Translations under genes and position numbers: made by a program | The notes under the pieces: model-generated | What the model was told of the DNA's origin: nothing | What the model saw: only the letters and a program-made list of their open reading frames with translations | The model's database searches: none | From: a virus | Lineage: Duplodnaviria > Heunggongvirae > Uroviricota > Caudoviricetes | IMG/VR virus record: IMGVR_UViG_3300033062_000614 | Length of the DNA stretch: 64,000 nt | Direction: 5' to 3' (one strand) | Shown here: piece after piece, positions 1-9,664 of the stretch | How the letters are laid out: every line of letters starts with the position of its first letter | How positions within the stretch are numbered: position 1 is the stretch's first letter

Positions 1-1
1 A

Positions 2-1363
2 ATGACTTGTTCAGAGTCAAGCCATTATAGTGCTCCAAGGCTCTCTTCCGAATACCTAGATTGCTCTATGCCTTTGACCTTTGATAGCTACTCTTATTGT
101 AGCTTTGGGTGCAGATATTGCTTCGCTGCGTTCTTTAAGGCTAACAACCCTATGCTAAAGGGTGAGAACCTAAAGCTAAAGGCAGTTGATGTTAAGCGTA
201 TAGAAGAGCTTGTGTCAGGTAAGCGACCTAATGACCCTTTGTGGAAATACTTCTTTAGCAAGCGGTATATAATGCAATGGGGCTCAATGGCTGACCCTTT
301 CTGTAACTTTGAGAAGAAGAATAGAATAGGCGAACACCTTATCAAGATATTTGGAGATTTGAAATATCCTATACGGTTCTCTTTCAAAGGTCAAGAGGTT
401 GAGACCTACCTACCTCTCTTTGACAAGTATAAAGAGGCTAAGAACTTTGCCTTTCAGTCTTCTATAATAGGGCTAGATAATGAGCTTGCCAGTAAAATCG
501 AAGTGGGAGTGCCCACCCCTGCCTTCAGATTTAAGATGTTAGGAGAGCTAGGGGCTATGGGGTATTGGACGATATTGAGGCTACGACCCTTTGTGGTAGG
601 CTTTAGTGATAGGGATTTGGATGGGCTTTTGGAGAACTGTAAGAAATATAACATAAAGGGTATATCCTTAGAGTTCTTTGCTCTTGACCTTAAATGTTCT
701 AAGGAGGTTAGAAAGCAAGTTACTAGATTAGGAGATATTCTAGGCTATGATATAGAGCAATACTACAAAGACTTGACTTCCTACAGGCGTGGTTCGTATA
801 TGAGGTTGAACCGTGATGTTAAAGAACGCTGGGTTAGAAAGATATATAGGTATTGCTACGATAACAATGTAGTATTTGGCTGTAGTGACCCCGATTTCAA
901 AGAGCTAAATATGAGTGGTAGCTGTTGTGCTCTACCTGAAGTCTTCCCAGAGAATCCAGAGATTTGTAATTATGTAAGGTCTCAGCTGACGGATAAGCTA
1001 CGGTTGATAAGGCGAAACTATTGGCAAGGTAAAAGGGGCGAAGATATACTATTGAAGTTTACTAATGTAGTCAAGGGTGACCCTAAGTTTCAAGACTTCC
1101 TATTCGACAATAAGCTGTTCAGAGACCATATAGTATATAAGACTAGCTACCTTACGGCAGAGGTTAGTTTGACTACTCCAGCCTCTTGCTTTAGGTCTTT
1201 TTGGAATAACCTTCGTTCACCTAACTGTCCTATGAACTATTTTGAGGGCAAAGTTATGCCTTGTGGTAAAGATGAAGATGGTAATTTGATATTTGAATAT
1301 AAAGAACACCCATATGAAAAGTTTTGGGTGGAAGACTTAGGTATAGATTTAGGCAAATACTAA
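2..1363 (+). CDS. Radical SAM domain protein (5' partial at window edge)
   Basis: CxxxCxxC motif 'CSFGCRYC' near N-terminus, the canonical radical-SAM 4Fe-4S binding site. The ORF opens at the window edge, so the 5' end is truncated. Confidence 0.6.
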   Translation: MTCSESSHYSAPRLSSEYLDCSMPLTFDSYSYCSFGCRYCFAAFFKANNPMLKGENLKLKAVDVKRIEELVSGKRPNDPLWKYFFSKRYIMQWGSMADPFCNFEKKNRIGEHLIKIFGDLKYPIRFSFKGQEVETYLPLFDKYKEAKNFAFQSSIIGLDNELASKIEVGVPTPAFRFKMLGELGAMGYWTILRLRPFVVGFSDRDLDGLLENCKKYNIKGISLEFFALDLKCSKEVRKQVTRLGDILGYDIEQYYKDLTSYRRGSYMRLNRDVKERWVRKIYRYCYDNNVVFGCSDPDFKELNMSGSCCALPEVFPENPEICNYVRSQLTDKLRLIRRNYWQGKRGEDILLKFTNVVKGDPKFQDFLFDNKLFRDHIVYKTSYLTAEVSLTTPASCFRSFWNNLRSPNCPMNYFEGKVMPCGKDEDGNLIFEYKEHPYEKFWVEDLGIDLGKY

Positions 1364-1564
1364 ATGTTGATTAGGTTAGATTGGAGCGATTATTCCCCAC
1401 AGAAAGTAAAAGAGTTGAAGAAAAAGGGGCATAAGGTCTTTTTAGATGTTAATTTGTGGGATATACCTAATACTATGGAACGTGCTTTAGAATCGCTTAA
1501 AAAAGTTGGGGTTGATTACGTGAGTATTCTAGAAAATGGCAACAAGGTATTAAAAAATCTATAA
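1364..1564 (+). CDS. hypothetical small protein
   Basis: ATG start abutting upstream stop, coding continuity in the same orientation. No recognisable motif. Confidence 0.35.
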   Translation: MLIRLDWSDYSPQKVKELKKKGHKVFLDVNLWDIPNTMERALESLKKVGVDYVSILENGNKVLKNL

Positions 1565-2013
1565 TGCAGTTCTTTATCTTAGGTAGGGAAGAAATTGGTA
1601 GGTTTGAGTTGAGCCATAAGTATATAGTAATATCTATCAAAGACCCAAGGTCAGAAGATGCAGAGTTACCTGAGTCCTATAATAGAGTAGATGTCTTACG
1701 GCTTGCCTTCCACGATTGGAACGAGAAACAAAGAGAATACATTGAAAAGGAATTTCCAACCTCTCCAACGGCTCAAAAGATGGTCTACTTTAATGAGGAC
1801 GATGCTAAAGCTGTAGTAGACTTTGTGTTGAAGCATAAGGATGAGGTTGAAGTGATAGTTACACAATGCGAGGCAGGTATCAGCCGAAGTGCTGGTATGG
1901 CGGCAGGTATATGTAAAGGGCTAGGACAAGATGACTCTCAGATATTCTTGAAATATCTACCTAATTCTCTAGTGTATAAGTTGGTATTGAATGAGTTTAT
2001 GAAACGGAGGTGA
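1564..2013 (+). CDS. Cys-based (CX5R) protein-tyrosine/dual-specificity phosphatase-like protein
   Basis: 'VTQCEAGISRSAG' matches the HC(X)5R(S/T) PTP/DUSP P-loop signature. Size (149 aa) fits a DUSP fold. Confidence 0.5.
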   Translation: MQFFILGREEIGRFELSHKYIVISIKDPRSEDAELPESYNRVDVLRLAFHDWNEKQREYIEKEFPTSPTAQKMVYFNEDDAKAVVDFVLKHKDEVEVIVTQCEAGISRSAGMAAGICKGLGQDDSQIFLKYLPNSLVYKLVLNEFMKRR

Positions 2014-2016
2014 GGG

Positions 2017-2277
2017 ATGAAATTGAAAGTCTTGTATGAAAATGGTGTAGAACAGATTGTTGAGGCTGATAACATAACTTTCAGCACCGATTTAGTATCT
2101 TTGAATAAGGAGAGACCCTCAAAGACTACTACGACTAGAAAGGGTTTGTTTGGCACTAAGACAACGGTCAAAGAAAGTAAAGAAGATATCAAAATAGGTT
2201 TGATTAAGTCTAGTGCAGTTCTATCCGTTTTACAAATACCAGAGCCTAAACCTAAGAAAGAGGAGGCTACACAATGA
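2017..2277 (+). CDS. hypothetical protein
   Basis: Good RBS (GGAGGTGAGGG) 5 nt upstream of ATG. Charged or Thr-rich, no motif. Confidence 0.4.
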   Translation: MKLKVLYENGVEQIVEADNITFSTDLVSLNKERPSKTTTTRKGLFGTKTTVKESKEDIKIGLIKSSAVLSVLQIPEPKPKKEEATQ

Positions 2278-3326
2278 AAATTGCTATGGTAGCCTTCCCA
2301 CTGGAGTTTGTTGGTGGGGCGAAAACTATGTTTTACAATGTTAAACAAGGCTTTGAAGATGTAGGTCATCAGGTTGGAACTTACTACATTACGACTAATA
2401 CGACCCGCAAACCCGAACCAGGTAAGAATGAATATGGTATTCAAAATATACTAGGGTTTGAAAAGCCTGAGTGGTTGAGGGAGACTTCAGATACTCTCAA
2501 CTCTTATGACTATCTTCTATATATAGGAGGATGCCCTCATCTATTGAAGAACTATCAAAAAGAGGGATGGAAGAAGCTCTATGATGTGGTAGATACCTCT
2601 AAGGTTATAGTAGCTATCATAGACTCCTATATCAGGAAATACTACCCTTGGCTTATTGATATACTTGAGAATAAGCGGGTAAAGGTGTATACTCATCACG
2701 ATAGGCTTGAGAAGTCTGTTGAGTTTTTGAAGACTATGAAAAAGCGGTTGCCCTATGCCTTTGTTATGAAACCCGATATGGGGGTATATCACGACCAGAA
2801 GAAAGAGCTAATAGTAGATACCTGTAACTTCAAAGGCTGTAAGCATAAGCATTTGTTGTTTGAATATCCGCAACTCCATAAGTTTGAGATTGTCCAGTTT
2901 GGAGATACTAACAACCCTTCCTATTATGTATTTGAGCAAGCCTTGAAACTCTACAACCTTAATATGTCAATACTAGGGTTCAAACCCTTCTTTGAGATAG
3001 CAGAGACCCTCAAGGTAGCTAAATACGGGCTTGACTTGTCTAAGTTTGGCGAGTTCTTTATCAATCTAGATAATGTTATGCTAGAGTATTGTGCTTATGG
3101 AGCGGTGCCTGTAACGATATTACCTGTAGGTAATGAGCCTTTAGGTGTGCTTCAGTTGACCTCTATAGCCGATTTGGGCAAGCTAGAGGACGAGGCTTGG
3201 AGACGACAGACTGCTGAGAGTAACTATGAGGCTCTAAAGACTCACTACGACTATAGGAATGTAGCAAAAGGACTAATTGACTTTTGGCAAGAGCCTTTCG
3301 TATCGGACGAATCAGGCTTTTGGTAA
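2274..3326 (+). CDS. hypothetical protein, possibly GT-B-type glycosyltransferase
   Basis: ATGA start-stop overlap. N-terminus 'MKIAMVAFPLEFVGGAKTMFYN' resembles the GT4 N-terminal Rossmann β1-loop (MKIxxV…GG). This is weak pattern-level evidence only. Confidence 0.25.
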   Translation: MKIAMVAFPLEFVGGAKTMFYNVKQGFEDVGHQVGTYYITTNTTRKPEPGKNEYGIQNILGFEKPEWLRETSDTLNSYDYLLYIGGCPHLLKNYQKEGWKKLYDVVDTSKVIVAIIDSYIRKYYPWLIDILENKRVKVYTHHDRLEKSVEFLKTMKKRLPYAFVMKPDMGVYHDQKKELIVDTCNFKGCKHKHLLFEYPQLHKFEIVQFGDTNNPSYYVFEQALKLYNLNMSILGFKPFFEIAETLKVAKYGLDLSKFGEFFINLDNVMLEYCAYGAVPVTILPVGNEPLGVLQLTSIADLGKLEDEAWRRQTAESNYEALKTHYDYRNVAKGLIDFWQEPFVSDESGFW

Positions 3327-3354
3327 ACAAAAACAAAAGGAAAGGAGGGTGGTG

Positions 3355-3579
3355 ATGGCACAGTTAGAAGAGTTGAAAAAAGGTATTGAGGATATCAATA
3401 CCCAAATAGCTGGGTTGAAGGAGCAGATGACTCCGTTACGTGAGCAGCGTGTAGCTTTAACTGCACAGCGTAAGGAAATCAGCTCCAAAGTAAAAGCTAT
3501 CAAGTCCCAAATAGCCCAGCTAAAACTGCAACGCAAGCAGTTAAAGGGCAAAGTCAAAACATCGAAAGTAAAGGACTGA
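3355..3579 (+). CDS. small coiled-coil protein
   Basis: Strong RBS AAAGGAGGGTGGTG then ATG at 3355. The track ORF from 3277 overlaps the upstream gene, so the start at 3355 is preferred. Heptad-rich K/Q/L sequence. Confidence 0.45.
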   Translation: MAQLEELKKGIEDINTQIAGLKEQMTPLREQRVALTAQRKEISSKVKAIKSQIAQLKLQRKQLKGKVKTSKVKD

Positions 3580-3581
3580 CG

Positions 3582-4175
3582 ATGGTAGTCTTTGTAGAAC
3601 CCCATTACGATGACTTTCTTTTGTCTGCAGGTATGTATTGTAAGAGCAGACCGATAGATGCCGTAGTAACGGTGTTCTACTCTGATTACAATAGTGGTGG
3701 GACAAGAGCCTTATGTGAAGACTTAGGGAAAAAGTATGTGGAGCTCAAGCTCCCAGATATGGATTGGAAGCAACCTTCTATCCTCTTTGACCCTACGTAT
3801 TTGCATAATGCTCTTGTTCCTCTGCTAAGTGAAGCTGAAACGATATTGACTGTCTTAGGTGTAGGACATCACGCTCACCGTTTTCTTAGAGAATTCATAT
3901 TAGAAAAGTTTAAGACTAAAGACCTCAGATTCTTCAGAGACTTTCCTCACGCCTATGACTCTACTAAGCTCAAGAACTTGCCGTTTGAAACCTATATTAA
4001 GGACTTTGAGTTGATAGAGCAGGTAGGCTCTATAGAGGGGTTCAATGATAAGGTTGATATGTTTAAGAAATACTATCCTTCTCAAAAGGGCATAATGTGG
4101 TTTGAAAAAGAGCAGTTTAGCAACCCTGTGTTTGAAGAGATTTACAGGTTCAAAGAAATGGATAGGCTATGGTAA
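3582..4175 (+). CDS. LmbE/PIG-L-like deacetylase family protein (putative)
   Basis: N-terminal 'VVFVEPHYDDFLLSAGMY' resembles the LmbE/PIG-L motif (AHPDDE…G.GG) with His-x-Asp-Asp. Modest confidence. Confidence 0.3.
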   Translation: MVVFVEPHYDDFLLSAGMYCKSRPIDAVVTVFYSDYNSGGTRALCEDLGKKYVELKLPDMDWKQPSILFDPTYLHNALVPLLSEAETILTVLGVGHHAHRFLREFILEKFKTKDLRFFRDFPHAYDSTKLKNLPFETYIKDFELIEQVGSIEGFNDKVDMFKKYYPSQKGIMWFEKEQFSNPVFEEIYRFKEMDRLW

Positions 4176-6541
4176 GTGTAGAGAAGATAATGGAATTGAC
4201 TTCCAAGAGATGCACAAAGTGCAAGTTCTTAGATAGAAAGTTTGTTCCAATGCACTCCTATTCAGATTTCAAAGAAGGGAGTGTAGTTATTTTAGGAGAG
4301 GCTCCTGGCTATGAAGAGGCTAAGACTGGTATACCCTTTATTGGTAAGAGTGGTCAACTATTAAGGGATAGCCTAGCCGAAGTAGGGTTCAATGTTAAAG
4401 AGCTAGTATTTACAAATGTTTGTAAATGCCACCCACCAGAGAATGCAACTCCAGAAGAAGAGGAGATTAAGGCTTGCACAGATTTGTATTTGAAGAAAGA
4501 GTTAGAGTTTCTAAAGCCGAGATTGATTATAGCTGTAGGTGCGGTAGCTTGTGAAGGTATTGAGCTTAATGGCAAGATTACAGAGATACGGGGCAAGGTT
4601 CTAAACTATAATGGCTCTACGGTTATACCTACCTATCACCCAGCTTATATACTTAGAAACTATGGGCACGTATCTACTTTCAAAGGCGACCTTAGAAAAG
4701 CATTCAACTACCTCTATGCCCCTTCAGTCTTTAAGGAAGAGAATAGTCATATTGTAACAGAGGTTAGCCAATTGGCTGACTTTGAGACTTTCTACAAAGA
4801 GTGTAAGAAGCGTAAGGAGATTGTAGCGGTTGACATTGAGACCAATAATACTTTAGAGCCTCTTGAAGTTGGTAGCTCTTTAGTATGTATAGGTATATCA
4901 GATGGTGAGACCCATTTCTCTATCTTTATCAATCACCAGGATGTTATAGATTTGAAGTATCGTCAACAAGCTCTAGACTTGCTCAAGCGGTTTATGAAGG
5001 ATAGAGATATAGGAAAGATAGGTCATAACTTGATATTTGACCTCAAGTGGATGGTAAGCCGAGGTATAGAGCTAGAGAATATACTGGGCGATACTATGGT
5101 AATGTGCCATATACTTGATGAGAACAGGGTTGAGTTTGACCTCAAGACTTTGACTATGGAGAACTTTGGACCATACCGACATAAGATGGATTTTGAAAAC
5201 GTCAAAGAGCTAGGACTCTATAACTGTGAAGATGTTTGTTATACTAAGAAGATTTACGAGATATTCTGGAAGAAGATGGATGCAGGTCAGCATAGTCTTC
5301 TAACTGATATCATAAGCCGAGCTATACCTGTATTAGCCCAAATGGAGCTTGAAGGTATTCAGATAGACCTTGAGTATTGTAAGGAGTTGTCCCAGCTATT
5401 GAATGTAGAGAAACAAGAACATTTGAAGGCTCTTGACCTAATGGGCTTTCAAGGGGTCAACCTTAACTCAAACCCCCAGTTGGGAAAGGTCATATTTGAT
5501 AGGTTTGGAGAAGAACCGTTAAAAACTACAAAAGAAGGTAAGAGGTCTGTTGATGAGGAGACTATCAACTACTTTGCTTATGAGAAAGACAGGGCTTGGG
5601 CTAAACATATTCTAGCCCAAAGAAAGATTACCCATTTGTTGAATACCTATGTTGATAAGTTTTACGATATAGCTGGGGCTGATGGTAGGATAAGAGGCAG
5701 GTTCAGCCAGATAGGAACTGTAACAGGGCGGTTGTCTAGCTCTAAGCCAAACCTTCAAAATATACCTAGAGACAAAAAGATTCTAAAGATGTTTGTAGCT
5801 AGTAAGGGCTTTAGGTTATTCTACTTTGACTTCTCCCAGATTGAGCTTAGAATAGGGGCATCTATTGCTAATGAGCGGACTATGATAAAGATGTATGCCG
5901 ATAACAAGGATATTCATAGATTTACCGCAAGCAGGATAATGTCCAAAGAAGAGGCTGAAGTAACTAAGGAAGACCGCCAGAGAGCAAAAGCGGTAAACTT
6001 TGGGTTTTTGTATGGAGCAGCAGCTGAGACTTTCCAAAAGGTTGCAAAAATGGACTATGGGCTAACTATACCGATTCAACAATGTGAAAGGTTTCGGCAA
6101 GCCTTCTTTCAGACCTTTCCTGACTTAGAGGCTTGGTATGATAGAGTTAGGCGAGAGATAAAGAAAACAGGTTGCGTCCGATACCCTACGGGCAGGATAC
6201 GGCATTTAACCTTGACTAGCCTAGTTGTAGAAGATAAGGCGGGAGACATATTTAGGCAAGGCGTCAATAGTCCTGTGCAGGGCGGTGCTTCAGATATAGT
6301 GCAGTTTGTAATGGGGGAGTTATTCAGGGTATTGAAAAAGCGTAAGACCCCTGCGAGATTTCTTTTGACTGTTCACGATAGTGGTCTTGGAGAGTGTTGG
6401 GACAATGATGATGTATCTGAGGAAATAAAGGGTCATTTAGAATTAATTCTAACTGAGGTTGTTCCCAATAAATTCAAATGGTTGAAAACTCCACTTACTA
6501 TAGATTTTGCAACAGGTTACAGTTGGGATAAGCTAGGATAA
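4169..6541 (+). CDS. DNA polymerase I (family A) with N-terminal family-4 uracil-DNA glycosylase domain and 3'-5' exonuclease domain
   Basis: UDG family 4 motifs 'GEAPGYEE…GIPFIGKSGQLL' and 'YHPAYILRN', plus four Cys (CTKC…CKC…C) for an Fe-S cluster. Exo I 'VAVDIETNN'. Pol A motif A 'DFSQIELRI', motif B 'RQRAKAVNFGFLYG', motif C 'LLTVHDS'. An alternative start at ATG 4190 would avoid the overlap. Confidence 0.85.
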   Translation: MVSVEKIMELTSKRCTKCKFLDRKFVPMHSYSDFKEGSVVILGEAPGYEEAKTGIPFIGKSGQLLRDSLAEVGFNVKELVFTNVCKCHPPENATPEEEEIKACTDLYLKKELEFLKPRLIIAVGAVACEGIELNGKITEIRGKVLNYNGSTVIPTYHPAYILRNYGHVSTFKGDLRKAFNYLYAPSVFKEENSHIVTEVSQLADFETFYKECKKRKEIVAVDIETNNTLEPLEVGSSLVCIGISDGETHFSIFINHQDVIDLKYRQQALDLLKRFMKDRDIGKIGHNLIFDLKWMVSRGIELENILGDTMVMCHILDENRVEFDLKTLTMENFGPYRHKMDFENVKELGLYNCEDVCYTKKIYEIFWKKMDAGQHSLLTDIISRAIPVLAQMELEGIQIDLEYCKELSQLLNVEKQEHLKALDLMGFQGVNLNSNPQLGKVIFDRFGEEPLKTTKEGKRSVDEETINYFAYEKDRAWAKHILAQRKITHLLNTYVDKFYDIAGADGRIRGRFSQIGTVTGRLSSSKPNLQNIPRDKKILKMFVASKGFRLFYFDFSQIELRIGASIANERTMIKMYADNKDIHRFTASRIMSKEEAEVTKEDRQRAKAVNFGFLYGAAAETFQKVAKMDYGLTIPIQQCERFRQAFFQTFPDLEAWYDRVRREIKKTGCVRYPTGRIRHLTLTSLVVEDKAGDIFRQGVNSPVQGGASDIVQFVMGELFRVLKKRKTPARFLLTVHDSGLGECWDNDDVSEEIKGHLELILTEVVPNKFKWLKTPLTIDFATGYSWDKLG

Positions 6542-6634
6542 AAAAGTTAAAAAAATGTTAAAGTATTTTACGAAAAAGTGGCTCTCTATATTAGAGGGTG
6601 TAAAAGGCTCTTGTTATGGAAGGAGGTGAGACAA

Positions 6635-7141
6635 GTGAAAGAAAATATCAACTTAGATGCAAAGGTAGGCGTTGATGTAGGAGAGTTCCAATGGACTGGA
6701 CAATTGAAATCTTTGCTCTGGGTAGACCTTGACGACCTTGAGAAAGTAATGATATCTCAAGCTAGCTGGACTGCTTGGTTCTGTGTCGTGCTTGGAAAAG
6801 CCAATACGATGCTAAAGCGTAAAGACTTTGAGCTAGACAAGAAGTATTCGGAGCTCTACCTAAGATATTCACAAGAGCTTGCAAGCGCCAGCAGTAGGGT
6901 TACTGAGGCTACTATCAAAGCCCATATTTTAATCAACCCTGAATATACGGTTCTACAAGATGACTATGCTAAGCTCTCAGAGCAGGTATCGTTGTTAAGT
7001 GGGGTTGTTAGAGGGTTTGAACATAGGAAAGATATGGTGGTGCAATTGAGTGCATTGAAGAGGCGGGAGCTATTAACAGGCGATTTTGAAGATGCACCTA
7101 CCAAGGATGTCAAAGACGTGCGGGAGAGATATACTAAATAA
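6635..7141 (+). CDS. hypothetical protein
   Basis: Track ORF starts at GTG 6578. An in-frame GTG at 6635 is preceded by AAGGAGGTG with 7-nt spacing and is the preferred start. No motif recognised. Confidence 0.4.
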   Translation: MKENINLDAKVGVDVGEFQWTGQLKSLLWVDLDDLEKVMISQASWTAWFCVVLGKANTMLKRKDFELDKKYSELYLRYSQELASASSRVTEATIKAHILINPEYTVLQDDYAKLSEQVSLLSGVVRGFEHRKDMVVQLSALKRRELLTGDFEDAPTKDVKDVRERYTK

Positions 7142-7152
7142 AGGAGGCTAAA

Positions 7153-8013
7153 ATGTCGTTGAACCTTGCGAAGTTAAAAGAGAAATACGAGAAAAAAGCG
7201 TCCACTTCGTTGATATTGGATAAGTGGCAACCAAAAGAGGGTGAGAACAGTATACGAATACTACCACATTCAACCGCTTACTTTAAGGGAGAGGTTGATG
7301 ATTTCGTATACCCGTTTTTGATTCACTATGGTATTGGTAGCGAAAACAAGACCGTGGTATGCCCTAAGACTTTAGGAGAGGGGCATAAGTGTCCTATCTG
7401 TGAGGACTCTTCGGTATTGTTTAAGTCTAATGATGAGTCTGATAAAGAGAAAGCCTCTGATATCTACCGCAAAAAGAGGTTTCTTATCAACGTGCTAGAC
7501 CTTAAAGATGTTCAGAAGGGTATCCAGATATTTGAGTTTGGTCCAAAGATTTACAACAAGCTAATGCGGTATGTAGCCTCTGGGTTGTTTGGCGATATTC
7601 TAGACCTAGAGAAAGGGCGTAATATTGTGTTAGTAAAGGACGTTAGGGAAGGTAAGGCTCAGCTAACTGACTATGATGTTTTGGTTAGCCCTGATGCCTC
7701 TAGCGTAATTAAGTATCTACCACAAGAGTATATGCAGAAGATTGATGACCTTGTTAAAGCTATACCCCAGCCTAAGACGTATAATGAGATTAAGTCTATT
7801 CTTGGTGAGGGTATTGAGGATACGGCTCAACCAGCTCAACAACCTCCGCAAACTATGCACCAAGAGCCTGTGCACCAAGAACAGCAACCGCCCAAGACTG
7901 AGACTCCTGTTTGTTATGGTAAAGAGTTCAGTTTGAAGTCAGCTAAGTGCCGACCTTGCGTTGTGTTTGAGACCTGTAAGAAGGAGTTCATAAGATTGAT
8001 AGATGAGGGATAA
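7153..8013 (+). CDS. gp32-like single-stranded DNA-binding protein (putative)
   Basis: N-terminus 'LAKLKEKYEKK…DKWQPKEGENSIRILPH' parallels T4 gp32 'LAAQMAKLNG…GEWKLKLD…QAVIRFLPS'. Zn-binding His/Cys cluster 'GHKCPICED' and Gln/Pro-rich acidic C-tail. It sits between the polymerase and the recombinase. Confidence 0.5.
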   Translation: MSLNLAKLKEKYEKKASTSLILDKWQPKEGENSIRILPHSTAYFKGEVDDFVYPFLIHYGIGSENKTVVCPKTLGEGHKCPICEDSSVLFKSNDESDKEKASDIYRKKRFLINVLDLKDVQKGIQIFEFGPKIYNKLMRYVASGLFGDILDLEKGRNIVLVKDVREGKAQLTDYDVLVSPDASSVIKYLPQEYMQKIDDLVKAIPQPKTYNEIKSILGEGIEDTAQPAQQPPQTMHQEPVHQEQQPPKTETPVCYGKEFSLKSAKCRPCVVFETCKKEFIRLIDEG

Positions 8014-8016
8014 CCT

Positions 8017-9009
8017 ATGGACAATAAGAAGTTTATTGAAGACCTAGTAGAAGATGTAGAGGGTGCTTCTATAGGAACAGAAGAGGTTGTTACAGAGTTC
8101 ATTGACTCTGGAAACTATGCCCTCAACTATGTTATGACAGGAGACTTTCACAAGGGCTATCCTAAAGGGCGAGTAATAGAGCTATTCGGAGACCCTTCAA
8201 CTGGTAAGTCTCTGTGTATCTATACGGCTATAGCCGAGTTTCAGCGACAAGGGGGCATAGTTGTATTAGATGACACAGAATATGCCTTCTCTGAGCCCTT
8301 TGGTAAGATGCTAGGGGTAAACTGTGATGAGTTGATAGTCTTGCACTCTAATACAGTTGAGGAGCATTTTGAGGTTCTATTCCTTGGCTACACGATTGAC
8401 AAGAAGCATAAAGACCCTATGCTACCAAAGCTAGTAGACCGCTTTGGAGATGGTAAGGTTATGGTATGTTTGGACTCTGTAGCCCAGCTCTCTACAAGAC
8501 ACGAATTAGAAGTAGGGCTTGCTAAGTCTGATATGACTAAAGCCAAACAGTTGAGGTCAGGAATACGTCAAAGTGTGAAGTTTTTAAGCAGCAATAATGT
8601 TACTTACTTGATTAGTAACCATACTATTGCTGCAATTGGAGATATGTGGAACCCGAAAACTACACCAGGTGGCAAGGCTATTCCTTTCCAGTGTGCTGTT
8701 AGGTTAGAACTAGACTTAGGCAAGAAACTTTTTGACGATAATGACCAGCCTGAAGGTGTGATTAGCCGTGTTTATTGTAAGAAAAATAAGGTGTCTATAC
8801 CATTCAGAAATTGCACCCTTCAAATAGACTTCAAACGTGGGCTCACACGCACGTCAGGTCTTTTAGATATGTTAGAGAAGTTTGGACTAGTGGAGTTAAA
8901 GGGTGCGTGGTATAACTATAAAGACATCAAGTTTCAGAGGGGAGACTTCGATAAGCACTATGAAAAGATTTTGGGCGATATTAAGGGCGAAGTTGCCCCC
9001 AAAAAATAG
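8017..9009 (+). CDS. uvsX: UvsX/RecA-family recombinase
   Basis: Walker A 'GDPSTGKS'. 'YLISNHT' and 'TRTSGLLDMLEKFGLVELKGAWYNY' closely parallel T4 UvsX 'CIAINHTYET' and 'DPYSGLLDMALELGFVVKPKNGWYAR'. Confidence 0.85.
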   Translation: MDNKKFIEDLVEDVEGASIGTEEVVTEFIDSGNYALNYVMTGDFHKGYPKGRVIELFGDPSTGKSLCIYTAIAEFQRQGGIVVLDDTEYAFSEPFGKMLGVNCDELIVLHSNTVEEHFEVLFLGYTIDKKHKDPMLPKLVDRFGDGKVMVCLDSVAQLSTRHELEVGLAKSDMTKAKQLRSGIRQSVKFLSSNNVTYLISNHTIAAIGDMWNPKTTPGGKAIPFQCAVRLELDLGKKLFDDNDQPEGVISRVYCKKNKVSIPFRNCTLQIDFKRGLTRTSGLLDMLEKFGLVELKGAWYNYKDIKFQRGDFDKHYEKILGDIKGEVAPKK

Positions 9010-9145
9010 TTATAGACGAAACCTAAAAAAGCGTTATAATAAGCCGTGTCTGACAACCCAGTGTTTTTCCTAACAGTTTTGGGTTATTTTCTGTAGTAAA
9101 TTTTCTATACACTTTATAGAGAGCATTACCTGTTTTTATAGGGTT

Positions 9146-9664
9146 TTGACGGCTCTAGTTAGGAGTGCCGTGGAGTTTGAACTCGTAACTAAATACCGAA
9201 ATAAATTATACTCTTACGCACGTAGGTATAATGTTCCGCCAGAAGATGTATTCCAAGAAGCTCGTATAGTTGAATGGCGGATGTCCAAATACTCCCCAGC
9301 ACACAAAGTCTCCTACTTCCTCAAATCCTGTAAAATCAATACGTTGAAAATCGCTAACTTCGGTGTAGTTGAATTAGATGAAAAGGCTCAAGAATGTTTG
9401 ATAAGCTCTGGAGACTTTGACCGCTGGTTCGAGATATATGTGGAAGAACTAGCGGATATTTTGTATAAGATAGATGAAGTGGTTGGCGATATGTTTTTAG
9501 TTAAGGTCAACAACGAACTATCTTGGGCGTCAATAAGGCGTTCCTTCTTTAATGAAGTTCCAAAGAATAGATATTGGCATAATGTTCAAGCGATTAAAGA
9601 GAAAGCCTACGATTATATTAAGGGCGAGGATAAGCCTTTTCTACAACTATTAGAGGCTGTATGA
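9146..9664 (+). CDS. hypothetical protein, possibly sigma-70 region-2-like transcription factor
   Basis: TTG at 9146; an in-frame GTG at 9170 has AGGAG upstream. 'YARRYNVPPEDVFQEARIVEWR…YSPAHKVSYFLKSC' weakly resembles sigma region 2.1–2.3 (cf. T4 gp55, a region-2-only sigma). Confidence 0.3.
   Translation: MTALVRSAVEFELVTKYRNKLYSYARRYNVPPEDVFQEARIVEWRMSKYSPAHKVSYFLKSCKINTLKIANFGVVELDEKAQECLISSGDFDRWFEIYVEELADILYKIDEVVGDMFLVKVNNELSWASIRRSFFNEVPKNRYWHNVQAIKEKAYDYIKGEDKPFLQLLEAV

Noticed and set aside
3277-3354. Upstream extension of the small coiled-coil ORF (track start 3277)
   Set aside because: It overlaps the preceding gene by 50 nt. A strong AAAGGAGGG RBS sits directly before the internal ATG at 3355.
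7742-7936. Nested + strand ORFs inside larger genes (7742..7936, 14548..14742, 37053..37265, 42269..42493, 54517..54714, 29373..29633)
   Set aside because: They are in alternative frames of genes with clear domain evidence and have no independent start signals.
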